Assembly (NCBI GenBank): GCA_045580245.1
Contig: JAZNNL010000010.1
Span: 1-58,338, forward strand
Reading direction: 5' to 3'
Length of the DNA stretch: 58,338 nt
Origin: Lachnospiraceae bacterium
GTDB taxonomy: Bacteria > Bacillota > Clostridia > Lachnospirales > Lachnospiraceae
Made by a program: the position numbers and the translations under genes. Positions 29,650-40,187 of this stretch are shown one piece after another. The notes beneath the pieces are model-generated. The model was not told where the DNA came from. It made no database searches and saw only the letters and a list, made by a program, of their open reading frames with translations. Position 1 is the stretch's first letter; every line of letters begins with the position of its first letter.

Positions 29650-32511
29650 TTAGAGCATTTTTTTATTTTCTAACAGTTTCTTAATATACTGTCCCGTATA
29701 GGAAACCGGATTGGCTGCCACTTCTTCCGGTGTTCCCTGTGCAATCACGGTACCACCGCCGTCACCGCCTTCCGGACCGATATCAATAATGTAGTCTGCT
29801 GTCTTAATCACATCCAGATTGTGTTCAATCACAACCACCGTATTGCCTCCGTCCGCCAGACGCTGCAAAATCTCTATCAGTTTCTGCACATCCGCAAAAT
29901 GCAGACCCGTAGTAGGTTCGTCCAGAATATATATGGTCTGGCCGGTGCTTCTGCGACTTAGTTCCGTCGCCAGTTTGATGCGTTGTGCTTCACCACCGGA
30001 TAGCTGTGTGGAAGGCTGCCCCAGCTTGATGTAGGAGAGTCCCACATCGTTGAGGGTTTCGATTTTACGGCGGATGGAAGGTACATTTTCAAAGAAAGGT
30101 ACCGCTTCTTCCACTGTCATATCCAACACATCATATATACTCTTGCCTTTATATTTGACATCCAATGTTTCCCTGTTGTAACGTTTCCCGCCGCAAACCT
30201 CGCAGGGCACATACACATCGGGAAGGAAATGCATCTCAATCTTAATGATACCGTCACCGCTGCATGCCTCACAGCGTCCGCCTTTTACATTAAAGCTGAA
30301 ACGGCCTTTCTTGTATCCCTTTGCCTTTGCATCTGCGGTTGCTGCAAACAAATCTCTGATTTGGTCAAAAACGCCTGTATAGGTTGCCGGATTGGAACGG
30401 GGTGTCCGTCCGATAGGGGACTGGTCAATATCAATGACCTTGTCTAACTGTTCTACTCCCTTAATGCATTTGTGCTTGCCGGGTATGGTACGGGCACGGT
30501 TTAACTTCTTTGCCAGATATTTATATAAAATTTCATTTACCAGAGAACTCTTGCCGGAACCTGACACGCCTGTCACCGCCGTCATGACGCCCAACGGGAA
30601 ATCCACCGTAATATTTTTCAGGTTATTCTCCTGTGCACCTACAACGGTGAGTTTGCCGGTAGGTTTTCTGCGCATCTTAGGCACAGGAATCTTCTTTGCA
30701 CCGCTTAAATACTGTCCGGTTATGGATTCCGGTACCTGCATAATTTCTTCCGCAGTACCGCAAGCTACCACATGTCCGCCGTGGGAGCCTGCCCCTGGTC
30801 CGATATCCACAATATAGTCCGCCGCAAACATGGTATCCTCATCGTGTTCTACCACAATCAGGGTATTTCCCAGATTCCGCAGGTTTTTCAGTGCCGCCAG
30901 CAGCTTATCATTGTCCCTCTGATGCAGACCGATACTGGGCTCATCCAGAATATAACATACCCCCACAAGACCCGAGCCAATCTGAGTTGCCAGTCGGATA
31001 CGCTGGGCTTCTCCACCGGAAAGTGTCCCCGTAGCTCTGGAAAGGGAAAGGTAGCTTAATCCTACATTTACCAAAAATCCTACTCTTGCCTTAATTTCCT
31101 TTAAAACCTGTTTTCCGATTAATGCCTGTTGCTTTGTCAGCTGCATTTCCTCTAAGAAAGTCTGCAATTTATCTATGGACATGGAAGTAATCTCATGGAT
31201 ATTTTTATCACATACGGTTACCGCCAGTGCCTCCCGTTTCAGACGCATGCCTCCGCAAAGCTTACAGGGGGTAATCCTCATAAAAGATTCGTACTCCTGT
31301 TTCATGGTCTCCGAAAATGTTTCTCTATACCTGCGTTCTACGCTTTTAATAAGACCTTCAAAAGCTACCGGGTACACGCCACGGCCTCTCTGCCCCTCGT
31401 AATACACATCTACTTTTTTACCATCTGTACCGTAGATGAGAATCTGCTGTATCTTCTCAGGATATTTTTCAAAAGGAGTGTCCAAATCAAATTGATACTC
31501 CTTGCAAAGTGCCTGCAAAATGGCATTGGTAAAACTGCCCTTATCCGCACAGGACTGCCAACCCGTCACGGCAATGGCACCCTGACTGATGCTGAGCTCC
31601 CTGTCAGGAATTATCAAATCTATGTCAAATTCCATCTTGTAACCCAAACCGAAACAGTCGGGACAGGCACCGAAAGGATTGTTAAAGGAAAAGCTTCTGG
31701 GTTCAATCTCACTGATACTGATATCGCAATCAGGGCAGGCAAAGCTCTGACTGAAGGTCATAGCTTCCCCGTCAATCACATCCACTTCCAAAAGACCTTC
31801 CGAAAGTTCCAGCACGTTTTCAATAGAATCCGTCAGTCTGCGCTCGATGCCTTCTTTCACCACCAGACGGTCTACTACCACTTCGATATTGTGCTTAATG
31901 TTTTTATCCAGTTTGATTTTCTCGGACAGTTCGTACATATTACCGTCTACGCGAACACGGACATAACCGCTTCGTTTGGCACGTTCAAATACCTTGACAT
32001 GTTCCCCTTTCCGGCCGCGTACTACCGGTGCCAGAAGCTGAATACGGGTACCGGCTTCCAGTTCCATAATACGATCCACCATCTGGTCCACGCTCTGTTT
32101 GGCAATCTCCCTGCCGCAATTCGGGCAATGAGGAATCCCGATACGGGCATACAACAATCTGAAATAATCGTAAATTTCCGTTACGGTGCCCACGGTAGAG
32201 CGGGGGTTACGGTTCGTGGATTTCTGGTCAATGGATATGGCGGGGGACAGTCCCTCAATCTTCTCTACATTGGGCTTTTCCATCTGTCCCAAAAACTGGC
32301 GGGCATAAGAAGACAGAGACTCCATATAACGACGCTGTCCCTCTGCATAAATGGTATCAAAAGCCAGCGAGGACTTACCGGAACCTGACAGTCCTGTCAG
32401 AACCACCATTTCATTTCTGGGAATATCCACATCAATATCTTTTAAGTTATGTTCCTTTGCACCCCGGATTTTAATCCACTCCCTGGGGCGCATTTTCTGT
32501 ATTTCTTCCAT
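29650..32511 (-). CDS. uvrA: Excinuclease ABC subunit A
   Basis: [22 protein letters not shown], zinc fingers, two LSGGEAQR and a second Walker A GVSGSGKS. Confidence 0.98.
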   Translation of the reverse strand: MEEIQKMRPREWIKIRGAKEHNLKDIDVDIPRNEMVVLTGLSGSGKSSLAFDTIYAEGQRRYMESLSSYARQFLGQMEKPNVEKIEGLSPAISIDQKSTNRNPRSTVGTVTEIYDYFRLLYARIGIPHCPNCGREIAKQSVDQMVDRIMELEAGTRIQLLAPVVRGRKGEHVKVFERAKRSGYVRVRVDGNMYELSEKIKLDKNIKHNIEVVVDRLVVKEGIERRLTDSIENVLELSEGLLEVDVIDGEAMTFSQSFACPDCDISISEIEPRSFSFNNPFGACPDCFGLGYKMEFDIDLIIPDRELSISQGAIAVTGWQSCADKGSFTNAILQALCKEYQFDLDTPFEKYPEKIQQILIYGTDGKKVDVYYEGQRGRGVYPVAFEGLIKSVERRYRETFSETMKQEYESFMRITPCKLCGGMRLKREALAVTVCDKNIHEITSMSIDKLQTFLEEMQLTKQQALIGKQVLKEIKARVGFLVNVGLSYLSLSRATGTLSGGEAQRIRLATQIGSGLVGVCYILDEPSIGLHQRDNDKLLAALKNLRNLGNTLIVVEHDEDTMFAADYIVDIGPGAGSHGGHVVACGTAEEIMQVPESITGQYLSGAKKIPVPKMRRKPTGKLTVVGAQENNLKNITVDFPLGVMTAVTGVSGSGKSSLVNEILYKYLAKKLNRARTIPGKHKCIKGVEQLDKVIDIDQSPIGRTPRSNPATYTGVFDQIRDLFAATADAKAKGYKKGRFSFNVKGGRCEACSGDGIIKIEMHFLPDVYVPCEVCGGKRYNRETLDVKYKGKSIYDVLDMTVEEAVPFFENVPSIRRKIETLNDVGLSYIKLGQPSTQLSGGEAQRIKLATELSRRSTGQTIYILDEPTTGLHFADVQKLIEILQRLADGGNTVVVIEHNLDVIKTADYIIDIGPEGGDGGGTVIAQGTPEEVAANPVSYTGQYIKKLLENKKML

Positions 32512-32524
32512 GGGTTACCTCTTT

Positions 32525-34510
32525 CTACTCTTCCAAATCCCTAAGCACTGTCTTTAACTCAACCATCTTGTCACGCAACTCTGCTGCTGCCTCGAAGTTT
32601 AAATCCGCCGCTGCTTTCTGCATCTTCTTCTGCACATCGGCAATCAGCTTTTCCAGTTCCTTGCGGTTCATGGATTCGGGATCCTTTTCAAACTTCACTT
32701 CTTCCTTGGCAATAACCTTGGAAATACTAATCAGGTCACGCACCGCCTTCTTAATGGTCTGGGGCGTGATACCGTGCTCCACATTATATTTCTGCTGGAT
32801 GCGGCGGCGTCTCTCCGTTTCCTCAATGGCAATCTTCATAGAATCCGTCATATTGTCCGCATACATAATCACATGTCCTTCTGCATTTCGCGCCGCACGT
32901 CCTACCGTCTGAATCAGAGAGGTTGCGGAACGCAGGAATCCTTCTTTGTCTGCATCCAGTATTGCTACCAGGGAAATCTCGGGAATATCCAGACCTTCTC
33001 GCAACAGATTGATACCTACCAGCACATCAAACACATCCAGACGCATGTCACGGATAATTTCCGCACGCTCCAGTGTATCGATATCCGAGTGCAGGTATTT
33101 CACACGGATGCCTACTTCCTTCATGTAGTCCGTCAAATCCTCTGCCATCCGCTTGGTAAGGGTTGTTACCAGCACTTTGTTGTGTTTCTCAATTTCTTTC
33201 TTAATTTCCGCCAGCAAATCGTCAATCTGTCCCTCTACGGGACGCACGGAAATCTCCGGGTCCAAAAGCCCCGTAGGCCGGATAATCTGCTCTGTGCGGA
33301 GCAGTTCGTGTTCCTCCTCATAGGTAGAAGGAGTGGCAGACACAAACAACATCTGGTCAATGTGTCCCTCAAATTCTTCAAAATTGAGAGGCCGGTTGTC
33401 CAGTGCGGAAGGCAGTCTGAACCCATAATCCACCAGTGTAGTTTTACGGGAACGGTCTCCCGCGTACATACCGCCAATCTGTGGAATGGTAATGTGGGAC
33501 TCATCAATAATAATCAAAAAATCATCCCCGAAATAATCCATCAGACAATGGGGCGGCTCTCCCTCTTTCATACCGCTTAAATGTCTGGAATAGTTTTCTA
33601 CGCCGGAACAAAAGCCGGTTTCCCTGAGCATCTCCACATCAAAATTGGTGCGTTCGGAAATACGCTGGGCTTCCAGTAATTTGTCCTCACCTTTAAAGAA
33701 GCGGATTCGCTCTTCCAGTTCTTTTTCAATATCGTCACAGGCTCTTTTTATCTTATCCGGTGCCACTACATAGTGGGATGCCGGGAAAATAGCAATATGA
33801 TTCAGCGTGGCATGCACCTGTCCGGTCAAAGGTTCCACTTCGCAGATACGGTCAATCTCATCCCCGAAAAATTCAATACGAATCAGATAGTCTCCGCCCT
33901 GGGCGGGATAAATTTCCACCACATCCCCGCGGACACGGAAACTGCCACGCTGTAAATCCATATCGTTGCGGTCATACTGGATATCGATGAGCTCACGCAG
34001 CACTCTGTCCCTGTCTTTTTCCTGACCCGGACGGAGGGACACCACCATGCCCTGATAATCGTCCGGACTACCCAGGCCGTAAATACAGGATACGCTGGCT
34101 ACCACAATAACATCCTTGCGTTCCGTCAGGGAAGCGGTTGCGGACAGTCGCAGGCGGTCGATTTCTTCATTGATGGCAGAATCTTTTGCAATATAGGTAT
34201 CCGTGGAAGGCACATAGGCCTCCGGCTGGTAATAATCATAGTAGGACACAAAATATTCCACTGCGTTCTCCGGAAAAAATTCCTTAAATTCAGAGTACAA
34301 CTGGCCTGCCAATGTTTTGTTGTGGGCAATAATCAAAGTCGGTTTATTTAATTGGGCGATTACGTTTGCCATGGTAAAGGTTTTACCGGAACCCGTAACC
34401 CCCAGTAAAGTCTGGAATTGGTTGCCTTCCTTGAAACCGTCCACCAGATCTTTGATAGCCTGGGGCTGGTCGCCGGTAGGGGCATATTCACTGTGTAATT
34501 TGAACTCCAT
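32525..34510 (-). CDS. uvrB: Excinuclease ABC subunit B
   Basis: [37 protein letters not shown] and a C-terminal UVR domain. Confidence 0.98.
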   Translation of the reverse strand: MEFKLHSEYAPTGDQPQAIKDLVDGFKEGNQFQTLLGVTGSGKTFTMANVIAQLNKPTLIIAHNKTLAGQLYSEFKEFFPENAVEYFVSYYDYYQPEAYVPSTDTYIAKDSAINEEIDRLRLSATASLTERKDVIVVASVSCIYGLGSPDDYQGMVVSLRPGQEKDRDRVLRELIDIQYDRNDMDLQRGSFRVRGDVVEIYPAQGGDYLIRIEFFGDEIDRICEVEPLTGQVHATLNHIAIFPASHYVVAPDKIKRACDDIEKELEERIRFFKGEDKLLEAQRISERTNFDVEMLRETGFCSGVENYSRHLSGMKEGEPPHCLMDYFGDDFLIIIDESHITIPQIGGMYAGDRSRKTTLVDYGFRLPSALDNRPLNFEEFEGHIDQMLFVSATPSTYEEEHELLRTEQIIRPTGLLDPEISVRPVEGQIDDLLAEIKKEIEKHNKVLVTTLTKRMAEDLTDYMKEVGIRVKYLHSDIDTLERAEIIRDMRLDVFDVLVGINLLREGLDIPEISLVAILDADKEGFLRSATSLIQTVGRAARNAEGHVIMYADNMTDSMKIAIEETERRRRIQQKYNVEHGITPQTIKKAVRDLISISKVIAKEEVKFEKDPESMNRKELEKLIADVQKKMQKAAADLNFEAAAELRDKMVELKTVLRDLEE

Positions 34511-34630
34511 TTCACCACTTCTTTCTCAAACTATATGCACCACAAATAAAATATGGACAAATCACCCTAATTTATTCGTGATACAGCTTTTATAGCATAT
34601 CACATAAAGGCTAATTTGTCCATACGTTTC

Positions 34631-34644
34631 AGAACATTTGTTCG
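34631..34644. promoter_or_regulatory. LexA SOS box (Firmicutes Cheo box) upstream of uvrBA
   Basis: AGAACATTTGTTCG matches GAAC-N4-GTTC, about 120 bp upstream of uvrB. Confidence 0.85.
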
Positions 34645-34664
34645 CTATATATATATATTCTTTT

Positions 34665-34919
34665 TCACACCCACGTCGGCTTCTGGTCCTTGTGGGTAAA
34701 ACCTTTCATCCTGCTCTTAAACGCATCTACCTCGCCGGTATAGTACGCTTTCTGCTTTGCATTTAGCTTGCCTTTTCCTTCCAGTTGTCCTAACAGTTCT
34801 TCTAATTCTTTCAGATTCATCTGGGCTGCATCTTTGTAGTTATTTTCCATATTCATCCGAATCTTCTGCACAATGGCATCCAATTGTTTATTTCTGCTGC
34901 TTTTCAAAAAATCAAACAT
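34665..34919 (-). CDS. Small hypothetical helical protein
   Basis: 84 aa with a GGAG..GGGA RBS region; no recognised domain. Confidence 0.65.
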   Translation of the reverse strand: MFDFLKSSRNKQLDAIVQKIRMNMENNYKDAAQMNLKELEELLGQLEGKGKLNAKQKAYYTGEVDAFKSRMKGFTHKDQKPTWV

Positions 34920-34994
34920 AATCCCTGCTCCTCCATTGATCTATGAATCACTTTCCTATTTCCCAATTGATATTCCATTACTATTTCTATGCTA

Positions 34995-35885
34995 TTATTC
35001 TATAAATTCCTGCGGGTCCATTCCGTACAACTGCACCACTTCCAACAGGTCCGAATGTAACAAATCCGACGCCGTTACCAGTCGCCCACCATCAGAGTCT
35101 AAGTCATATCCGAAGTGATTCCACGCATACCACACCAGATATGCACAATGCACCCCAAAATACGGTTCATCTGTTTCAGGTGCTTTTGCGCCAATAAATC
35201 CCGCAGATAAATGATAGGGAACGCCACACAACTCGTTTTCTGCATAGTCGGCTACCTGTTGTTGCAAGTTTGGGGTAACATCTTTCATTCTAAGCACTGC
35301 CCAATTGGCATAATCCAGCCAGTTATCCACTCTGCCACAGGTGGAATCCACCCCCCACATCACGCTTTCCACCGTCGTATTTTCATCCAGTACCAATGCC
35401 GCATGTCCGTGCCGCCAGCCAATGGAATGGGTGGACAAGGTCACCAGGATATCCCCCGGTTGCAAATCCACAAACTGCGGATACCCGTTGTTTCCATTCT
35501 CCATAGACCTTTCCGTCGTCCGGGCCGCCCCCGGTTGCAAACATGCAGGAGTTGGCTGCAATTTATCCTCTCTGGTAAACCATCCGATTAGGGATTCGCA
35601 TTTTACCTCTCCGGGTTCAAAAAAATCTTCCTGTGCTGCCTGTATGGACCGTAGTTCTCCCGCATCCAACAACCGTTTGGCAGCCACCGGTCCCACACCG
35701 GACTGTAAAAAAATAGTTTCATAGTCCGTAGTTTCCGATACCGGGATTTTCTCATAGGCCGGCACAAAACATTCTGTGCCATGTATGAAAAACCGCTGTC
35801 CCAGGTACACGAATAAAACCGCTCCTGCCACCAGTATACACGAAACCAACGACCTTTTCCATATTTTCCGTTTCTTTATACGCAC
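34995..35885 (-). CDS. Membrane-anchored permuted papain-like (YiiX/YebB, NlpC/P60-type) hydrolase
   Basis: N-terminal TM; LQPGDIL..GHAALV (His) precedes CAYLVWYAW (Cys), followed by DLDSDGG..VTASDL. Confidence 0.7.
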   Translation of the reverse strand: MRIKKRKIWKRSLVSCILVAGAVLFVYLGQRFFIHGTECFVPAYEKIPVSETTDYETIFLQSGVGPVAAKRLLDAGELRSIQAAQEDFFEPGEVKCESLIGWFTREDKLQPTPACLQPGAARTTERSMENGNNGYPQFVDLQPGDILVTLSTHSIGWRHGHAALVLDENTTVESVMWGVDSTCGRVDNWLDYANWAVLRMKDVTPNLQQQVADYAENELCGVPYHLSAGFIGAKAPETDEPYFGVHCAYLVWYAWNHFGYDLDSDGGRLVTASDLLHSDLLEVVQLYGMDPQEFIE

Positions 35886-35990
35886 AAAAACACCCTCTAA
35901 CCGTTTTAGTCAGAGGGTGCCCCCAAATAGTCATTTTAATCATTTTCTTAACAAAAATCATCCCGGCAACCGGTTTTTACCATGTGCAGA

Positions 35991-36833
35991 TTACTTTCCG
36001 ATTCTCTTTAACAGATAAGGAATTGCCAGTTCAAAATTCACACCGTACCAGGGTTTGTCAGCATCCTCTCCGGTAATGCGGATACATTCTGCAGTATAAT
36101 CCGCAGCAACCTGCATTGCCTCTTTCCAGTCCAGACCATTCATCATGGCTCCGATGCAGGTACTGGAGAATATATCGCCGGTACCATGGTAGCTTACCGC
36201 TAATTTATCCTGTTCATAGTAATAGTATTCGTCTTTGATACGGTCATAGCCCATCACACCGGTTTTGCCTTCTTTAAAGCTGACACCGGTCAGCACACTG
36301 ATTTTTGCACCCAGTTCTGCCAGTTTACCCAGCATCTCTTTGATATATGCCTCATCATAGGACTCTTTGTATTCCATACCGGTCATGTAAGCGGCTTCCG
36401 TCACATTGGGCACTATAATATCCGCTTTGGCACACAAAGTAGCCATATGTTTTGCGAAGGCTTCATCAAAGGCCGGATACAACTTACCATTATCCGCCAT
36501 GGCAGGGTCCACAAAAAGCAATGTATCTTCTGTCTTAAAGTCATCAAACATTTCTTTCATCAAATCAATCTGTTCAAAAGAACCCAGATAGCCTGTGTAA
36601 ATGGCACCGAACTGCATCTCTTCCTGTTTCCAGTGTGCCGTAATGGGTTTAATCTGGTCCGTTAAATCTTTGCAGGTAAAATTTTTGAACATGGTGTGGG
36701 TGGACAGCACTGCGGTAGGCAGAATGGCTGTTTCGATTCCCATTGCGGAAATAATAGGTAACGCCACGGTCAGAGAGCACTTACCCACACATGAAATATC
36801 CTGAACGTTTACAATTCTTTTCATCTTATTCAT
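35991..36833 (-). CDS. pdxK: Pyridoxal/pyridoxamine kinase
   Basis: QDISCVGKCSL, LSTHT, YTGYLGS, VDPAMADNG, PNVTEA and YHGTGDIF; divergent from a MocR regulator. Confidence 0.88.
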   Translation of the reverse strand: MNKMKRIVNVQDISCVGKCSLTVALPIISAMGIETAILPTAVLSTHTMFKNFTCKDLTDQIKPITAHWKQEEMQFGAIYTGYLGSFEQIDLMKEMFDDFKTEDTLLFVDPAMADNGKLYPAFDEAFAKHMATLCAKADIIVPNVTEAAYMTGMEYKESYDEAYIKEMLGKLAELGAKISVLTGVSFKEGKTGVMGYDRIKDEYYYYEQDKLAVSYHGTGDIFSSTCIGAMMNGLDWKEAMQVAADYTAECIRITGEDADKPWYGVNFELAIPYLLKRIGK

Positions 36834-36931
36834 ATCCTCCGATACTTATATATACTATATACACTTGTTTCAAAACAGTCCGCCTGTTTATTACCATGTC
36901 ACGGCAAACCGTTTTTTCAAAATCTAATCCC

Positions 36932-37010
36932 TTTACAACAAATACAAATTCTATTATACTAATTTTTGACCATATCAAAATACCCAAAATCAAAATATTA
37001 TTTATGGTCA
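36932..37010 (+). promoter_or_regulatory. pdxR promoter plus putative PdxR operator
   Basis: TTTACA-17 bp-TATACT (36932-36960); inverted repeat TGACCATA (36967-74) / TATGGTCA (37003-10) enclosing two copies of ATCAAAATA. Confidence 0.6.
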
Positions 37011-37022
37011 GATTGAGGTTTT

Positions 37023-38417
37023 ATGCTTACATATTCTTTTGCCAACAGAGGCTCCGACAGTCTCTACGAATCTTTATATAAACAAATCAAGCAGGATATC
37101 CTGGATTACAAGCTTTCTCCCGACGAAAAGCTCCCCTCCAAAAGAGCTTTGGCGAAACATTTAAACGTCAGCACCATTACCGTGGAAAACGCTTATTTAC
37201 AGTTGGTTGCGGAAGGCTATCTCTATTCCGTTGCCAAAAGTGGTTTTTATGTTTCCCATGTGACTTCTTCCCAAAGCACTGAGGCAGAACGTCCTTTCAG
37301 AAAAACACCACAGCCTTCGGATATCCCCTGCTATTTTGCGGATTTTGTGAACAATTCTACCTCCGCAGACAACTTTCCTTTTGCAGCATGGACCAAACTT
37401 ATGCGGGAAACCATGTCAGATGAAGCCGATAAGCTTATGGTCAGATCCCCCTCCACAGGAATTGCACCTTTAAGAAATGCCATTGCAGACTACCTGTATC
37501 AGTTTCGCGGCATGACAGTGGAGCCGGAACAAATTGTAGTGGGTGCCGGAACGGACTATCTTTACAGTTTAATCATCCAGCTTTTAGGCCGCAGCAAAAC
37601 CTATGCCGCAGAGGACCCCGCCTATCAGAAAATCAGCAAAATGTACCGTTCCAACGAAGTGTCTTTTATTCCGGTTCCTCTGGACAAAAACGGGGTGGAT
37701 ATCACTTATTTAAACCAAACAGAGGCGGATGTATTACACATATCACCCTCACACCATTTTCCAACCGGTATCGTAACGCCCATCAGCCGCAGATATGAGC
37801 TATTATCCTGGGCCTCCAAAACAAGTGACCGTTACATTATCGAAGACGACTACGACAGCGAATTCCGCCTTTTAGGTAAGCCCATACCGTCCTTACAGAG
37901 TATCGATGTGGCTGATAAAGTGATTTATATGAATACCTTTAGCAAAACCCTGACCTCTACCATACGAATCAGTTACATGGTTTTACCCAAAAGCCTTATG
38001 GAACGCTACAAAAAAGAACTGAACTTTTACTCCTGTACCGTTTCTAACTTTGAGCAATATACTCTGGCAAAATTTATTGAAAGGGGCCATTTTGAAAAGC
38101 ATATCAACCGCATGCGTAATCACTACCGTTCCCTGCGTGACGAAATCATCAGTTGTATCAAAAAACACCCCGACTACCATAAAGTCACCATCATGGAGGA
38201 AAACGCCGGATTACATTTCCTTTTATCCGTAGACACTAACTATTCTGACGAAGAATTGGTATCACGTGCCGCAGCCAACGGTATTCACGTCACTTGCCTG
38301 AGTGAATACTTTTACAACAAGACTAAATCTATCCCCCATACACTGGTACTCAATTACTCCGGTGTCGCAAAATCCAACATAGAAAAAGCCGTGGAACTTC
38401 TCTTCCACAGCTTCTAA
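37023..38417 (+). CDS. pdxR: MocR/GabR-family PLP-dependent regulator (PdxR-like)
   Basis: GntR HTH (KLPSKRALAKHL..TVENAY..L.AEGY) plus an aminotransferase-like domain (SPSHHFPTG, IIEDDYDSEF, NTFSK). Confidence 0.85.
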   Translation: MLTYSFANRGSDSLYESLYKQIKQDILDYKLSPDEKLPSKRALAKHLNVSTITVENAYLQLVAEGYLYSVAKSGFYVSHVTSSQSTEAERPFRKTPQPSDIPCYFADFVNNSTSADNFPFAAWTKLMRETMSDEADKLMVRSPSTGIAPLRNAIADYLYQFRGMTVEPEQIVVGAGTDYLYSLIIQLLGRSKTYAAEDPAYQKISKMYRSNEVSFIPVPLDKNGVDITYLNQTEADVLHISPSHHFPTGIVTPISRRYELLSWASKTSDRYIIEDDYDSEFRLLGKPIPSLQSIDVADKVIYMNTFSKTLTSTIRISYMVLPKSLMERYKKELNFYSCTVSNFEQYTLAKFIERGHFEKHINRMRNHYRSLRDEIISCIKKHPDYHKVTIMEENAGLHFLLSVDTNYSDEELVSRAAANGIHVTCLSEYFYNKTKSIPHTLVLNYSGVAKSNIEKAVELLFHSF

Positions 38418-38427
38418 TCCTTAAACG

Positions 38428-38629
38428 GGATTTGTAAGATAATTGAGGTCGTACCTGTTGCAAAAAGCTTTCTCAAACAGACCCTTGGAAAACGTCGGTG
38501 CTTAACAAAACAAACCTCGAAGAGGTGCAGTTGCGTTTAGCATCCGCTACGTTTTTCATGGCGCGAGAGCGGGTCTGTGTGGAAACTTTTTGTAACAGGT
38601 ACGACCTCTCGGTTTTACAAATCCTTTTT
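38428..38629 (+). repeat. Dispersed structured intergenic element, copy D; probably also a terminator
   Basis: Paired arms GAGGTCGTACCTGTTGCAAAAAG/CTTTTTGTAACAGGTACGACCTC, ACAGAC/GTCTGT, TGGAAAACGT/ACGTTTTTCA and TGCTTAAC/GTTTAGCA; apical ACCTC-GAA-GAGGT; side hairpin CGCGAGAGCG; outer GGATTTGTAA/TTACAAATCC followed by TTTTT. Confidence 0.88.
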
Positions 38630-40124
38630 ATTCATTTATCATTTCCAACAGAAGTTCCTTGGCTGCTTCTAATTGGTTATCATACTTCTCATCACTATAA
38701 TAACGCTCTCCGTCGAACTCTACCACTACATCCGGTTCGATGCCGATGCCATGGATGTTGGTACCGTTAGGCGTATAATAAGAGCTGATAGTCAGTTTTA
38801 CTGCAGAGCCGTCACTCATCTCAATAGGACGTTGCACAATACCTTTACCGTATGTGGTAGTTCCCATCAAAGTACCTACACCATAATCTTTAATAGCACC
38901 TGCCAGAATTTCGGAAGCACTTGCAGAATTGCCGTCCACCAGCACTACCATAGGTACTTCAATTTCTCTTTCGCCATTACAATAATATTCGTCCCTGTTG
39001 CCTTCTCTGTCCTCGGTATATACAATCAAACCTTCCGGCAACAACATCTTTGCAATATTCACAACAGCGCTTAAGCTTCCGCCGGGATTGGCACGTAAAT
39101 CCAGAATCAGTCCCTGCATACCGGTTTCTCTTGCCACTGCCAGTGCTTCTGCAAACTGGTCTTCCGTTACGGTATCAAACTCTGTAATTTGGATATAGGC
39201 AATACCGTTATCATACATCTCTGATACTACAGTGGGTGCCTCCACCTTACGACGTACTACTTCTTTTTCAATTTCCACACCGTCACGCACCAAGGTAAGG
39301 GTAACATACGTTCCTTCTTCCCCTTTAATCAATGCGGTTACTTCTGACAGTTCCAGACCATAGGTATCCTGACCGTCTACTTTATAAATAATGTCATCCC
39401 CCCGTAAATCCGCTTCTTCTGCAGGGGTTCCCGCGATCACACTACTGATTTTTGCATATCCGGTATCTTCATCCAACGCTACATAGGCACCTATGCCGTA
39501 ATATATTCCATAAGTAGACTCATACAGTTCATTCAGTTCTTCTTCGGAATAATATTCGGAATACGGGTCACCCAAGGCGGCAACCATACCCTCATAAGCA
39601 CCTTCTTCCAGAACAGATCTTTCAATATCCTCCTGATAATAATAAGTGTCAATGATTTCCTCAATCAATTCCATCTTGGCAATCATATCAGGAGTGATAG
39701 CAGTATCGGTATCTGTGGCTGTATCCTTTTCTTCCTCTTTTTCCGTGCGGTTGTCTGCCACGGAATCCCTGGCATCTGCCAGTGCCTGCAGACGATTTAC
39801 CAGATATACACTGCTTACAATAAGCAGCGCGGTTACCAGACCGGTTGCAAGACCACACCAGAAATACTTACCGCCTTTTCCTTTTTTCGGTTCCTGCGGA
39901 TTCTGTGTCCACTGGGGGTCCTGAGGATACAAGGGATACTGGGAATATTGTCCATATCCATTGTTTTGCTGATAACCGGTATTCTGTGTTGCCTGCGTAT
40001 ACTGCCCGCATGCTGTATTCTGATTTCCCTGCACATACTGCCCATACTGTGCATTCTGTGTATACTGATTATTTTGTTGCTGCTGTTGCGGTGTATTTAC
40101 CGCATAAAATTCATTTTGTTGCAT
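38628..40124 (-). CDS. S41 carboxyl-terminal processing protease (CtpA/CtpB-like) with a Q/Y-rich N-tail
   Basis: TM anchor, LGDPYSEY, PDZ (YGIGA), LDLRANPGG, SASASEI, TYGKG, YYTPNG..GIEPD. Confidence 0.92.
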   Translation of the reverse strand: MQQNEFYAVNTPQQQQQNNQYTQNAQYGQYVQGNQNTACGQYTQATQNTGYQQNNGYGQYSQYPLYPQDPQWTQNPQEPKKGKGGKYFWCGLATGLVTALLIVSSVYLVNRLQALADARDSVADNRTEKEEEKDTATDTDTAITPDMIAKMELIEEIIDTYYYQEDIERSVLEEGAYEGMVAALGDPYSEYYSEEELNELYESTYGIYYGIGAYVALDEDTGYAKISSVIAGTPAEEADLRGDDIIYKVDGQDTYGLELSEVTALIKGEEGTYVTLTLVRDGVEIEKEVVRRKVEAPTVVSEMYDNGIAYIQITEFDTVTEDQFAEALAVARETGMQGLILDLRANPGGSLSAVVNIAKMLLPEGLIVYTEDREGNRDEYYCNGEREIEVPMVVLVDGNSASASEILAGAIKDYGVGTLMGTTTYGKGIVQRPIEMSDGSAVKLTISSYYTPNGTNIHGIGIEPDVVVEFDGERYYSDEKYDNQLEAAKELLLEMINE

Positions 40125-40187
40125 TTTTCCTCCTTGCCTTACGTCAGAGGGTGTTCCTTAGAACGCCGGGTGACCGGGCGTTTATTG

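Noticed and set aside
31195-33580. Long plus-strand ORFs (397 aa, 268 aa) opposite uvrA/uvrB, and 26850-27578 opposite flgG
   Set aside because: Antisense shadows of conserved genes, with no recognisable motifs.
35909-40153. Shared 11-mer GTCAGAGGGTG in two intergenic regions (35909, 40143)
   Set aside because: An 11-bp match is expected by chance in 58 kb, and the flanks are unrelated.
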